Source of the DNA: Octopus sinensis
Lineage: Eukaryota
Assembly: GCF_006345805.1 (NCBI RefSeq)
Contig: NC_043019.1
Coordinates: 17,483,360-17,547,359, forward strand
Length of the DNA stretch: 64,000 bases
Direction: 5' to 3'
Part shown: one piece after another, positions 1 to 11,184 of the stretch
Numbering within the stretch: position 1 is the stretch's first letter
Layout: every line of letters starts with the position of its first letter
The notes under the pieces: model-generated
Database searches by the model: none
Told to the model about the DNA's origin: nothing
Seen by the model: the letters and a program-made list of their open reading frames with translations, nothing else
Program-made: the position numbers and the translations under genes

Positions 1-265
1 TCTTTTTGCTGAACCGCTAAGTAACGGGGACATAAACACACCAGCATCGGTTGTCAAGCAATGCTCAGGGGACAAACAAACAGACACGCACACACACATA
101 TGCATATATAAAACATATATACGACGGGCTTCTATCAGTTTCCATCTACCAAATCCACTCACAAGGCTTTGGTCGGCCCGAGGCTACCAAGGTGCCACGC
201 AGTGGGACTGAACCCAGAACCATGTGGTTGGTAAACAAGTTACTTACCACACAGCCACTCCTGTG

Positions 266-268
<3 letters not shown>
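1..268 (-). mobile_element. SINE family A (tRNA-derived head, CORE-like segment, internal (TA)n(TG)n), 5' part; runs off the window edge
   Basis: Reverse complement matches family A (ggagtggctgtgtggtaagta...ggttcagtcccactgcgtggcaccttgg...), seen about 19 times in the window. Confidence 0.9.
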
Positions 269-313
<45 letters not shown>

Positions 314-526
314 TTTAATTATGAATTAGAAACGGTGCTAGTGTTGTGAACATTATTGATCACACATACTCAGTGTATGTGTTTTGCTTGCTTGCTGGTA
401 CGCTGTCTCACCTTTCAGATGTTTTAATACCCAGTGCTTGGAGGGAGTCATCTCCACTGTGCTAAACCCCAGTGTAGTGGTGAACAAACAAAGCTCATAC
501 ATTGGGTAATATGCTATTGATAATGA

Positions 527-567
<41 letters not shown>

Positions 568-1227
568 CAAATACGTTTCATGTCTCAGTGAATAGTTCTC
601 AAGAAAGAATAGATTCTGGTTGATTGTTGTGAAGCTCAGATTGTGTAAATCATTACTTTTACCTTTATTCTTTCGTATAAATCATATTGATCTGAGACAA
701 ATCAAACAAATATTTCAGAAATTCCTGATGACCTTTTCAATTCTTCTGGATTTCCAGTTGACCTTTACTGATTCTTGATAGCAATTGTATCAATAGTAAC
801 TTATTGGAGTTAGATTCATTTCATTAAATATTCTCAGTTGTTGTGAGCAGAGAGTATCATTGATTGAATCACCCATTCCCAGACAGTTTATTGGTCGTAC
901 ATATTTCAGTGGTCTTAACTCAAAATAGTGCTGTCTCCCTCTTTTTTGCCACTTGCTCCTGCAGCAGCATCTGCTCTTATGAAATAGCTACTGGCATACC
1001 ACCCCTACTCATTTAAGTCTCCTGCTGCCACACCAACATGTCCCCTCATAAACCCCTATTCCTGATCATTCCCTTCCATTCAGATTTCTCCTACAGACAT
1101 TGTCTTACAGATATTCATAAGTCATGATTGATAGTCATGTCAGTCTTTGAAGGCCAAGCTGAACAGCCATCTCATCAATCTCAGTGAGCTAAACTGAAGA
1201 AATTGTATCAGTCACATCAATCTTAGA

Positions 1228-1384
1228 GGAAAGTGGCTGTGTGGTAAGTAGCTTGCTTACCAACCACATGGTTCCGGGTTCAGCCCCACAGCATGGCACC
1301 TTGGGCAACTGTCTTCTACAATAGCCTCATGCTGACCAAAGCCTTGTGAGTGGATTTGGTAGATGAGACTGAAAGAAGCCCATC

Positions 1385-1434
<50 letters not shown>

Positions 1435-1650
1435 GTGTATGTGTTTGTCCCCCCAACATTGCTTTACAACCGATGGTGGTGTGTTTACGTCCCAGTAACC
1501 TAGTGGTTCGGCAAAAGAGACTGATAGAATAAGTATTAGGCTTTCAAAGAATAAGTCCTGGGGTTGATTTGCTCGACTAAAGGCGGTGCTCCAGCATGGC
1601 CGCAGTCAAATGACTGAAACAAGTATAAAAATAAAAAAGAGAGTAAGAGT
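1228..1650 (+). mobile_element. SINE family A, full length
   Basis: Head gtggctgtgtggtaagtagc with B-box-like ggttcagcccc, internal (TA)n(TG)n, tail gcagtcaaatgactgaaacaagta(aaagag)n. Confidence 0.92.
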
Positions 1651-3104
1651 ATAAGTATTAAAAATAAAAAAAAGCAAAAGATAACAAAACAATGAGTTCT
1701 CAGACGGCATTAATGAAAATCTTGCGAACATGTTCATTCAGTTTACTGAAAATTGCAATCTCAGATCATACTTTATCATCTTAAAGCAGAAAAAAATACA
1801 TTGGTGACTATCTTCCAAAGTAGACTATGCCCACAAAAAGGCAAGGCTGAATGCTTGGGTGCTAAACAACAATTACAATATAACTCCTGCTGAAACATAC
1901 TCCTAAATATAGAACTAGATTAATAATAGATTGATTGATTGTAAGCAGAGTATTCACTTATAATAGAGTTTGAACCCCAAAGAAAATGCGACATTATTTA
2001 GCTTTGTTCAGTCTGATTATGATGGGATGTATGTGTGTGAGTGAAATGTGTACATATTTGTCTCTGTATTGTGACCTCATAGCAAGATTAAAGATTAGGA
2101 TTATCTTAATTAATCACCTCTCTGTGGTATTTCACTATTTTAAAAAGTAAGTAGATTTATGACAAGTTGTGTGTGTGTGTGTGTTGTGGTAGCTGTATAT
2201 TTTACTTGAAGTAAATTACCTGGCATTTTCTTTGCTGGCAACTTTTGTAATAGGGAAAACTAAAATCCATTAATTCTAAATAATGTATGCATGTATGCTG
2301 CTGGAGCTCTGAGACAGGTAGAGGAAGGGTGGAAGTTAATTGTCAGACCAAAAAATTTAGCTTGAATGTAGCAAGGTGGATTCATTACTGACATCAAAAG
2401 GTGTTAAGGCTGGATGGTCCCTCCATATGTATATTTGTAAGTGTGTGTGTGTATATGTATGTGTACACCTGTATATGTACACACACACACAGCTAAGTAC
2501 TCAACCACTACTCAAGTTCCATGCTCTGCAGTCTCTCAAAATAAATGATCACAGATTTTCAAACTGGAGTAAGAACCAAATATTTATAATACATATATAA
2601 ACAAAATATAGAACATTTGGATCATGTGCTTGCTTTTTCATTATCAAAGTGTATTATTTGTATTTGTGTGTGTGTGTGTGTGTGTGTGTGCATACATAAT
2701 GCCCCACCCAGCACTCCTGAATAAATTGAATTGTAACAAAAGATATAATCTTTTTGATAAGCATACAATTTTAGCTTTGCTGTTTAAAAAAAAAAGTGAT
2801 TATACCAAAGGGTTTTATCTGTAGCGTGCAAAAAAAAAGTGAGATTGATCTGATTCTCCAGCTTTTACTGTGGAGAGATTTGTAGCTTATAATGATTTAT
2901 AATGTATGTAAACTAGATTTCATTAGTACCTGTGCAGACAATTTGGTTCATTAATTAATAATGCACTTCAAAGTAACAACTTTGCAGTCAGAATCTCAGA
3001 CCAAATTCCTAGCCGTATATGTTGTCGCTCTTGAGTGGTGGACAAAATGCTTTGTTGTATTTGTTCGTATTCTCAGCGCCCAGACATCTTTTATCTTGTT
3101 TCAG

Positions 3105-3412
3105 TCATTTGACAGTGGCCATGTTTGGACAAATCAACCGAAGGACTTTTTTCCTTGAGCTTTGTACTTATTTCATTGGTCTTTTTTGCTGAACTGTTAA
3201 GTTACAGGGACATAAACACACCAGTTGTCAAGTGGTGGTGGAGTACAAACACACACACACACACACACACATTTATTTCAGTTTCTGTCTACCAAATCCA
3301 TTCACAAGGCTTTGGTCAGCCTGAGGCTATAGTAGAAGACACTTGCTCAAGGTGTCTAAACTCCGAACCATTTGGTTGGAAAGTAAGCATCTTCCCACAC
3401 AGCCATGCTGGC
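3105..3412 (-). mobile_element. SINE family A, degenerate, internally deleted
   Basis: Collinear with family A on the minus strand, internal (CA)n. Confidence 0.8.
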
Positions 3413-3654
3413 ACCAAAGTTATCCATCTGACCAACAAGATGGTGTCTTGTAAAAAGCCCTTGAAAGAAGGTAATGGAAAGTCACATTTGTAGTTTCTCA
3501 TGGCAAGGACAAAATGCTAGCAAAGGAAGTCGCCAGGGGCTGTTTGTCAATCTGATGTGAGAAAGGAAGGAATGCACTCTGTGGTGCTTTTGAATAAGTT
3601 GAAATCTAATGACAGGTAAAATCATTTTGATAAACAATTTTAACCTCTCTCTTT

Positions 3655-4045
3655 TTTTCTCTTTTACTCTTTTACTTGTTTCAGTCATTTGACTGTGGCC
3701 ATGCTGGAGCACCGCCTTTAGTTGAGCAAATCGACCCCAGGACTTATTCTTTGTAAGCCTAGTACTTATTCTATCAGTCTCTTTTGCCAAACCGCTAAGT
3801 TACGGGGACATAAACACACCAGCATCGGTTGTTAAGCAATGTTAGGTGGACAAACACAGACACACAAACATACATACACACACACACACACATATATATA
3901 CACGACGGGCTTCTTTCAGTTTCCGTCTACCAAAGCCTCTCACGAGGCTTTGGTCAGCCCGAGGCTATAGACACTTGCCCAAGGTGCCATGCAGTGGGAC
4001 TGAACCTGGAACCATGTGGTTGGTAAACAAGCTACTTACCACACA
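3655..4045 (-). mobile_element. SINE family A, full length
   Basis: Tail ctcttttactcttttacttgtttcagtc through head cacacacccactcc. Confidence 0.92.
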
Positions 4046-4419
4046 CCCACTCCTACACCTATAAAAATCGGAAGGAGTGAAGTCGAGTTCAGGATTTGAA
4101 CTTAAAAGGATGCAATCAAATAAAACCTAGTGATTATTCATCTGCTGTTTTACTGATTCTGCCATAGTCTTTCCTCTCTGTGTAAAGTAAATAAAGTGCT
4201 TACACTACAGGTTTTTTTTCTTCTCTCAGCAGATAAAGTAGGATCAATACGACGTAGTTTCTACTCTCTCTAGGCCTTAATCAGAGAAAGAGGATCCATT
4301 TCTCTTTTTTTCTTTTGTTTTGTCCATGGACATATCAGTCAGTAGCTTGTAGCTAGTTATAATGTCTACAAACTAGAACATAGGTAAATAGGTTTAATTT
4401 GCATAAAGTTATTAACTAA

Positions 4420-4977
4420 CAAGGTTTGGACAGAGCTGAATTGGATGCTAAAAATGCAGATGCTGCTTGCACAGTAATGCACCAGCTGCAATATTCAATC
4501 CTTGAAAAGGCAAAAGCCATACCCACTGTCGTTAATTTGGTTGTTATCTCCATCCTCATCTATGTTCATGAATGTTGGATAATGACTGAAAGAGTAGGGT
4601 TGTGAATACAAGTGGCCAAAATGGTGCTCTTCTGAAGGGTCTCTGGAGTAAAATTACTTGACAGGGCGTACAGCTCGGGACTCATTGAGTCTCTCTAGGT
4701 TGAGCCACTACTTCTCAAAATTGAGTAGTTACAGGTTCAGTACTACAGACATGTGATTAGAACGTCAGTAAAAACAATCACAAGCTGAACCAACCAACAG
4801 GAGATCAAGGGAAACCAAATATTAGATGGTTGGATAATATCCATTGTCTCGGTTGGTCATGCTTGAGAATCCAACTGGAAAGTCTAATGACAATTGCTTC
4901 TGATTGAAGGAGGTACCTGAGGACTCTACTCTCAGGATCCTCTCCCAGTGGGCGGAAGAGATGGATGGATGGATGTG
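4420..4977 (+). mobile_element. RTE-clade LINE 3' fragment (Expander/Rex3-like), degenerate
   Basis: Degenerate reading resembling ILIYGHECWIMTERVR...LLLKIE...HVIR; ends in gcggaagagatggatggatggatg, a (GATG)n tail as in Expander/Rex3-like RTEs. Confidence 0.7.
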
Positions 4978-5290
4978 CTTGCTTGCTTACAACAATCCAT
5001 CAAAGGTGATGACAGCATTGATCCAAGACCTTTCTTCTCTTCCTCCATACATTGTTTCTCATAGGAGCAGATGTGGCTGACGAGACTGACATGAGATAGG
5101 CAGATCCTGTGGCTCTGAGGGTACTGAAAGTGACCCCTGAACAACTGCTGCAGAGGGATGATGACTCCTCCTCTCTTCATGCAGTCTCCTGTGTTCGATT
5201 TCAAAACACTCTACTCCAGCATCACACATGGATCTCCATGCCTTCAAATTAACAGCTAGGGCCTCCAACTGAATGGGAAGGACACTGCAT
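4978..5290 (-). mobile_element. RTE-clade (BovB-like) LINE 3' fragment, degenerate
   Basis: Minus frames give LKAWRSMCDAGVECFEIEHRRLHEERRS and FQYPQSHRICLSHVSLVSHI (decayed C2H2 CxxC..LxSHxxxH of RTE C-termini), short 3' UTR and (AGCA)n tail. Confidence 0.7.
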
Positions 5291-5508
5291 GAGAGTATGA
5301 GAGAGTGCTTGAGACGATGATGGTGAAAACTATCATGAAAATGTAATAAACCAATTTATAACCTCATTAGATCCAACCATAGTCTAAGTTTGGTTATAGA
5401 AATTTTTCTTGCTCAATTTATCAGCATCCAGCTTTGATGGGCATTTGCCCATCTAAGCCCAACAATAGGTTTATCTCCAAACTTTGGGTTATGGTTCTTT
5501 AAGCTTAC

Positions 5509-5561
5509 CTGGAGTATCAATGAGTTATCAGCAAGCCCGAGGCTTTTGACAATTTTTAATC
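5509..5561 (-). CDS. Candidate 53-nt coding exon, (G)LKIVKSLGLADNSLILQ, LRR-like spacing
   Basis: Minus strand acceptor attaattctacag|G and donor CAG|gtaagc; only one of three frames open; LxxVxxLxLxxNxL pattern; no homology confirmation. Confidence 0.3.
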
Positions 5562-5863
5562 CTGTAGAATTAATATTATTCAGAATAGAGAGAGATGTTT
5601 GATTCTAATTACTGTAGAATTCATTGCAAATTATCATGTTAACAACATTGCACAGGTTTCAAGTTTTGTACCAGATTCCTAATGCTCGTTTAAGTTGCTT
5701 AATCAGATTGTCCAATTTCTTCATATGTTTATTATTATGGAGTGGATTTTTCTTTAATTTGATATTCCTAATTATATTGATTAGATCCTCCCCAAATCCC
5801 ATAAGGTGATGATTTTGTGATCGATTGCAATGAGATTTGAATAAACACTTTAAGTCATTGTCT

Positions 5864-6085
5864 CATCATCATCATCATCGTCATTTAGCGTCCGTTCTCC
5901 ATGCTAGCATGGGTTGGACGGTTCAACTGGGGTCTGTGAAGCTGGAAGGCTTCATCAGGCCCAGTCAGATCTGGCAGTGTTTCTACGGCTGGATGCCCTT
6001 CCTAACGCCAACCACTCCGTGAGTGTAGTGGGTGCTTTTTACGTGCCACCTGCACAGGTGCCAGACAGAGCTGGCAAACGGCCAT
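5864..6085 (-). mobile_element. SINE-like family C (V-domain-like), one 5' module
   Basis: Minus strand gttggcgttaggaagggcatccagccgtagaaac and tail catgctagcatggagaacggacgctaaatgacgatgatgatg. Confidence 0.85.
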
Positions 6086-6117
6086 TGTCTGCGTTTGGTA
6101 TTTTATCATTTCTGCAG

Positions 6118-6737
6118 GTATTGTCGAAAAAATATTCTTTCCATCATATACACATTATGAAGGAGCTGGCTTGCGGGATAGTCTGTGCTTCCAGGTACCA
6201 GAAAATCCTTCAAAGAAATATCCGAGTGTATTTTTCCCATTTAGGAAGTAAACAGTTGTCAGTATTCAAACTCGAAGTAGAGAGTAAAAGAACTGAATAT
6301 ACTCACTGACCAATAAATTTTCATTGGAATTTCTGTTTGTATGAATGGTTTTGTCTAAGGTAAACTGACCTCCACACAACGGCTGGGTATACAGCTTCTA
6401 CTGCCTATAGAAATAACAGAATGCTCATGTCAGCCAGGTGAGCTCATTTGTAGCCTGACACCATCAAATCATTTACCCCATGGGATAATTGTTGTCATTG
6501 AAATACCACACTGACAGAATGATGATCAAATGGTTAATTGGTGTCAACATCATGTCTATCCTACCACATGCAGCATCAAATGTAAAGTGCTGTTATTACT
6601 GACTATATCATGTTGCAGAATGTTGGCAAAATGATGCCAACATCCGGTGTGCACCATGTGGGCTTAACCCTATCACACCATATTCCTGATAGTGGGAATA
6701 ACCTAAATGTAATCTCTACCGGATTCTCGTTAAAAGG
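6118..6737 (+). other. Cluster of three candidate exons (6118-6194, 6360-6437, 6619-6737)
   Basis: AG/GT-flanked open frames GIVEKIFFPSYTHYEGAGLRDSLCFQ, GKLTSTQRLGIQLLLPIEITECSCQP, NVGKMMPTSGVHHVGLTLSHHIPDSGNNLNVISTGFSLKG; exons 1+3 are phase compatible, exon 2 is not; no recognised homology. Confidence 0.22.
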
Positions 6738-6863
6738 GTAATGAACAACATGCATAGAAAATGAAGATGAAATAGTAAAAATAGACAACCGATTATGTTA
6801 CATCGTTATAATCAAGTATCTTTATGACTCATTGTTTGCAGTGTCCCCCCCACCCCATAGCTC

Positions 6864-7056
6864 TCTTTACTCTTTTACTTGTTTCAGTCATTTCACTGCG
6901 GCCATGCTGGAGCACCGCCTTTAGTCGAGCAAATCGACCCCGGAACTTATTCTTTGTAAGCCCAGTACTTATTCTATCGGTCTCTTTTGCTGAACCGCTA
7001 AGTGACGGGGACGTAAACACACCAGCATCGGTTGTCAAGCAATGCTAGGGGGACAA

Positions 7057-7089
<33 letters not shown>

Positions 7090-7775
7090 CATAAATACGA
7101 CTGGCTTCTTTCAATTTCCGTCTACCAAATCCACTCACAAGGCATTGGTCGGCCCGGGGCTATAGCAGAAGACACTTGCCGAAGATGTCACGCAGTGGGA
7201 CTGAACCTGGAACCATGTGGTTGGTTAGCAAGCTACTTTATTTCATGAAAGATTCGCCATTAAGGCGTTACATAGAGGGGACATACAAATGCAGACAAAC
7301 ATATAGGGTGTTGTAGCTTAAAACGTTGGTGATTACAATAAAATATATATAATATTTACAATATAAAGTTTTTAAAATTTGTTATTATACAGTAGGGCAC
7401 GGATCCCAGCCATCTGGGTAGAACCTTTACTTCTTGATCCGGCCACACTTACCTGGTGCCAGATATACCCAGCTTGCACGCTACAGACTTCCATCTTTTT
7501 GCAAACATGTCTCGTGACAGACACCTCTTCTCCAGCCTGATCTTACTACCGAGGTGGTAACTGAAAAAGTTAACCAACCCCTGGCCGGATACAAAGGTAC
7601 CTGTCACTATACCTTTCGTACGCGTCTTCCATACTGTTTCTTTCAGTATGGCTACTACGCAGGAAAAATAAGCCTTCCTTTCCCTGCTGAGGAAAGGAGG
7701 TGGCACAATCTCAATGATAGACTCTGCTGATAGCTTAGCAAGCTACTTACCACACAGCCACTCCTGCACCTACTT
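6864..7775 (-). mobile_element. SINE family A split by a Tx1-like LINE insertion
   Basis: Body 6864-7238; rest of head (agctacttaccacacagccactcc) resumes at 7735-7775. Confidence 0.9.
7239..7734 (-). mobile_element. Tx1/L1-clade LINE, 5'-truncated 3' end with 14-bp TSD
   Basis: Open frame LSAESIIEIVPPPFLSRERKAYFSCVVAILKETVWKTR...LVNFFSYHLGSKIRLEKRCLSRDMFAKRW resembles Tx1-type ORF2 C-termini; 3' end terminates in AATAAA; TSD ttagcaagctactt at 7225-7238 and 7735-7748. Confidence 0.75.
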
Positions 7776-8107
7776 TTGTTTTTAATTGGAAAAAAAAAAA
7801 TTATTAAAAATTTTTTTTTGTAATGGAACAAGTGTGTAATAAACCCAGCATTTTGCTTGCTAAACCAGAAGGACCGGACACTTTACAGCTGAGAAAATTA
7901 TTTCTGATATTGTATTCTTTGAATGAAGAGTTTCCTCTTATGCAGACAATAAGAGTGATTTGGACAATCAAACTGGTGAAAGTGATGAGGAAAGCAGCAA
8001 TCTGGATGAACAAATCTGCTGGTTGAGAGATTGGCCTTTTATTGTTTTCTCCTGACTTTTGTTGTTTTGTGATTAGTTTGCCTCCTGCAGTTGTTACTCT
8101 TGAGCTG

Positions 8108-8476
8108 CATCATCATCATCATCATCGTTTAGCGTCCGCTTTCCATGCTAGCATGGGTTGGACGGTTCAACTGGGGTCTGGGAAGCCAGAAGGCTGCACC
8201 AGGCCCAGTTTGATCTGGCAATGTTTCTACGGCTGGATGCCCTTCCTAACGCCAACCACTCCATGAGTGTAGTGGGTGCTTTTTACGTGCCAGACGAGCC
8301 TGGCAAACGGCCACGAACGGATGGTGCTTTTTACATGCCACCGGCAAGGGAGCCAGGCGAGGCTGGCAACGGCCATGAACGGATGGTGCTTTTTACGTGC
8401 CACCGGCACGAGGCCAGTCAGGGCGGCGCTGGCAACGGCCACAAACGGATGGTGCTTTTTACGTGCCACCGGCACT
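8108..8476 (-). mobile_element. SINE-like family C with about 3.5 tandem 5' modules
   Basis: V-domain-like core and (GAT)n tail as at 5864; modules start at 8275, 8323, 8385, 8451 (ggtgctttttacgtgcca...). Confidence 0.85.
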
Positions 8477-8615
8477 GGTAACTCAGCTGCAATTTCCATT
8501 GATCGATTTCGATTCTGCATATGTAACTGTTTATTTTTTTGCTCAGGAGCCCAAGTGGAGGGTTAGGGTTAGAGACAGGGGCCCAGGTCTGAGAGGATTA
8601 AGAAGAAAATAGATT

Positions 8616-9960
8616 ATAATAATAATAATAATAATAATAATTGTGTACAGTGCTCAGGTGCACTACAACTCATCTAAAGTGTATATATAATCAGGTGTAG
8701 CTTCGACGGATTTCGGGAAGCATGAGGGCCTTAAAGGATGCAGTGTCATGGCAGTCAACAACTGATGCAGGCAGTTTATTCCACGCTTCAGCAACCCTGA
8801 GCGTGAAAAAATGTTTCCGAAAGTCATGGGAGCTGTGCTGTTTTCTGACTTTGTAGGCATGTCCACGTGTGTTAGACACATGGAGATCAAAAAGGTGTTC
8901 AGTGTTGTTGTTGGTGAGGTGGTTGATAACCTTGTGGGTGTTTACCAAGTCCGTCGCTAGACGCCGGAGCTTCAGTGAATCCATGCCCAGGGAAACAAGG
9001 CGCTCAGAATATGGTAGGTGTCTGATGGAGGGTATGCGTTTGGTTGCACGTCTCTGGACAGATTCCAGGAGGTCAATGTTCTGAGCAAGATAGGGATTCC
9101 AAACTGATGATGCGAATTCCAAGTGTGGTCGTACCATAGCTGTATACAGTTTTAAATAGATGGCTGGAGAGCGGCTAACAAAAGTCTTGCTGAGTGATGC
9201 CAAGACACCCTCGGCCTTCTCGACAATTTTAGAGATATGCTTTGTCCAACGCAAATCACTGCTGACTGATGCCTAGGTCACGCTCGCAAGAGGATTTCTT
9301 GATATCAGTGTTGTGGAGGGAGTATGTGGACGCAGGGTTTTTTCTCCCAAAATGCATGGTGGTACACTTGTCCACAGCCAGTTTCAGTTGCCAGTCTGTG
9401 ATCCATTGCTGCATTGTGTCTAGGTCTGATTGCAGGAAAGAGTTGTAGACATCAGGATCAGTCCTCTTGATTTCAAGGTACAGCTTGATGTCGTCTGCAT
9501 ATTTCAATACTGTGGCATTCTTTAAATTGGCATCTATGTCATTAATGTATGCCACAAACAGGAGGGGACCAAGGACAGATCCCTGTGGTACACCCGATGA
9601 CATCTCATATGGTGTAGAGTGCTGTCCTAGAACTGTGACTACCTCCTTTCGGCTGAGGATGAAGGATTTCAACCAGTTAAAAAGGTCATCCCCCCCACCC
9701 ATTGCAGAGAGTTTCACCATAAGCCTTTTGTGTGGCACAGAGTTGAAAGCCTTAGCAAAGTCAAGGTAGACAACATCCACCCATGAGCCACTGTCAGTGA
9801 TCTGAGTAATGTCCTCAAGGAACTCGACAAGCTGGTCACTGCAGCTGGAGTTAGGGACAAATCCATATTGTGAGGGTCGGATGAGACTGTGAGAGCTCCA
9901 GAAGTTCCAGAGTGTTTCTCTGACACACGATTCCATCAGTTTTGCAATACAGCTAGTGGT
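8616..9960 (-). mobile_element. CR1-type LINE, 5'-truncated; RT domain plus C-terminus, 3' UTR and (ATT)n tail
   Basis: RT motifs SQYGF, YLDFAKAFNSVPH, GVPQGSVLGPLLF, YADD; C-terminal RPHLEFASSVWNP and RKHFFTLRVAEAWNKLP; (aat)n at 8616-8641. Confidence 0.95.
8691..9960 (-). pseudogene. CR1 ORF2 reverse-transcriptase remnant, single frameshift near 9265
   Basis: ORFs 9256-9975 and 8691-9254 join as ...RDLGI / VSSDLRWTKHI... across one frameshift; no other stops; endonuclease part missing. Confidence 0.9.
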
Positions 9961-11184
9961 TACCATGATAAGCAAAATTGATCACATGACCCGAACTGAG
10001 AGTGGAGGCCTAAATACCTAGAAACCATTTAAAATTTCTTTTAAATTCTTAAATAACCAAAACTATTGAGTACTACTCTTTGTTTGTTCAATGAACCATG
10101 TTTACATGGCTTACTTTATACATATTTGTAATGTTTGTGTCCCATTACCTAGTTATGGTTGTGTGCGTGCGTGTGTGTGTGTGCGTGTGTGTGTGTGCGT
10201 GTGTGTGCGCATAATGTATTCTGTAACGTTATATATTATGTTTGTTTCTTTGCTTAAGGCATGTGTGTGTGTGTGTGTGTGTGTCTATACACTTATAGTA
10301 AGTAAATTAAGAGTTTGGAAAAGTATTTGTCAATTTCCGAGGCATGTATCCAAAACTATTTCAGTGTATTCCTTTGTGTTCTTGCTGGAATGTCTGTGCT
10401 GCTTGCCTCTGTGTGTCACGGCACGTCTTATGCCTTCAATGTGCTTCTTCAGTACAGTGCTTGTAATTTAAACTATTTTTGTGAGAAAGATTCTTTTTGT
10501 CTCATGTGTATGTAGGAGAGAAACAAACAGACGGATAGAAACGGAAATAGAGTACGTATCCTGTTTTTCTCTACTACAACCATAGAGAATGCACATGTGT
10601 TGTTCTCTCCAACCTCTTGTTGCTTCTGCTGCTATCCAATATCGCTTCTTCAACTGCTGGGAATTGGTAGCTGTCAGAAGTCAGCTTTTTTTTTTTTTTC
10701 ACTGCCAATTCTGCTTCATTGAGTTTAGCAAATCTTCTACAAGTGCTGCTTGTACTTTCCTGCTTGAAACAACCTACATTCTTGTTCCTTCTCTGCCCCA
10801 CACACACACACACACTGCCACGCCCATTTCTCATCTTTTCAGTATTCTGAGAATGTTTTCTATGTTGCTTAAACACCTTAACTTTGAATTATCTATTCTC
10901 TTACCTATATTTACCTGGAATGGACTGAACTATTCTTCCCGGTTGTAGTTGAATTTAGAGGTTTGGTTTTTTTTTACCATTTCTGTTAGTCTCTTGGTTT
11001 CATGTGAATGTTCTTAAATTATAATTTTACTAAAACAAAAGCAAAGAAAATCCTTAGATTTCATTTAAACTGGAAGTGATAGTTAAGAAAAAGCAGCCAA
11101 ATTTCCTTCAAATCACACCCTGGTGTCATGAAAAACAATCTTCAAGAGAAAGGACTCAGTAGACAAAGTAATCCTACATTCACA

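Noticed and set aside
5419-5442. Similarity to miR-2 (tatca...ccagctttgatg)
   Set aside because: The seed differs and there is no complementary arm for a precursor; the neighbouring gatgggc/gcccatc stem is too short.
7453-7560. 108-nt minus-strand exon-like unit with perfect splice sites and a death-domain-like peptide (KRWKSVACKLGIS)
   Set aside because: It lies inside the TSD-bounded Tx1-like insert, and the frame continues on both sides as LINE ORF2.
7810-8030. Acidic frame DNKSDLDNQTGESDEESSNLDEQ
   Set aside because: Preceded in frame by a stop and only a weak donor; more like a decayed piggyBac-type transposase N-terminus than an exon, and too weak to call.
10300-10900. Possible Helitron or Crypton coding remnant on the minus strand
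   Set aside because: Only vague compositional resemblance, with no diagnostic motif.
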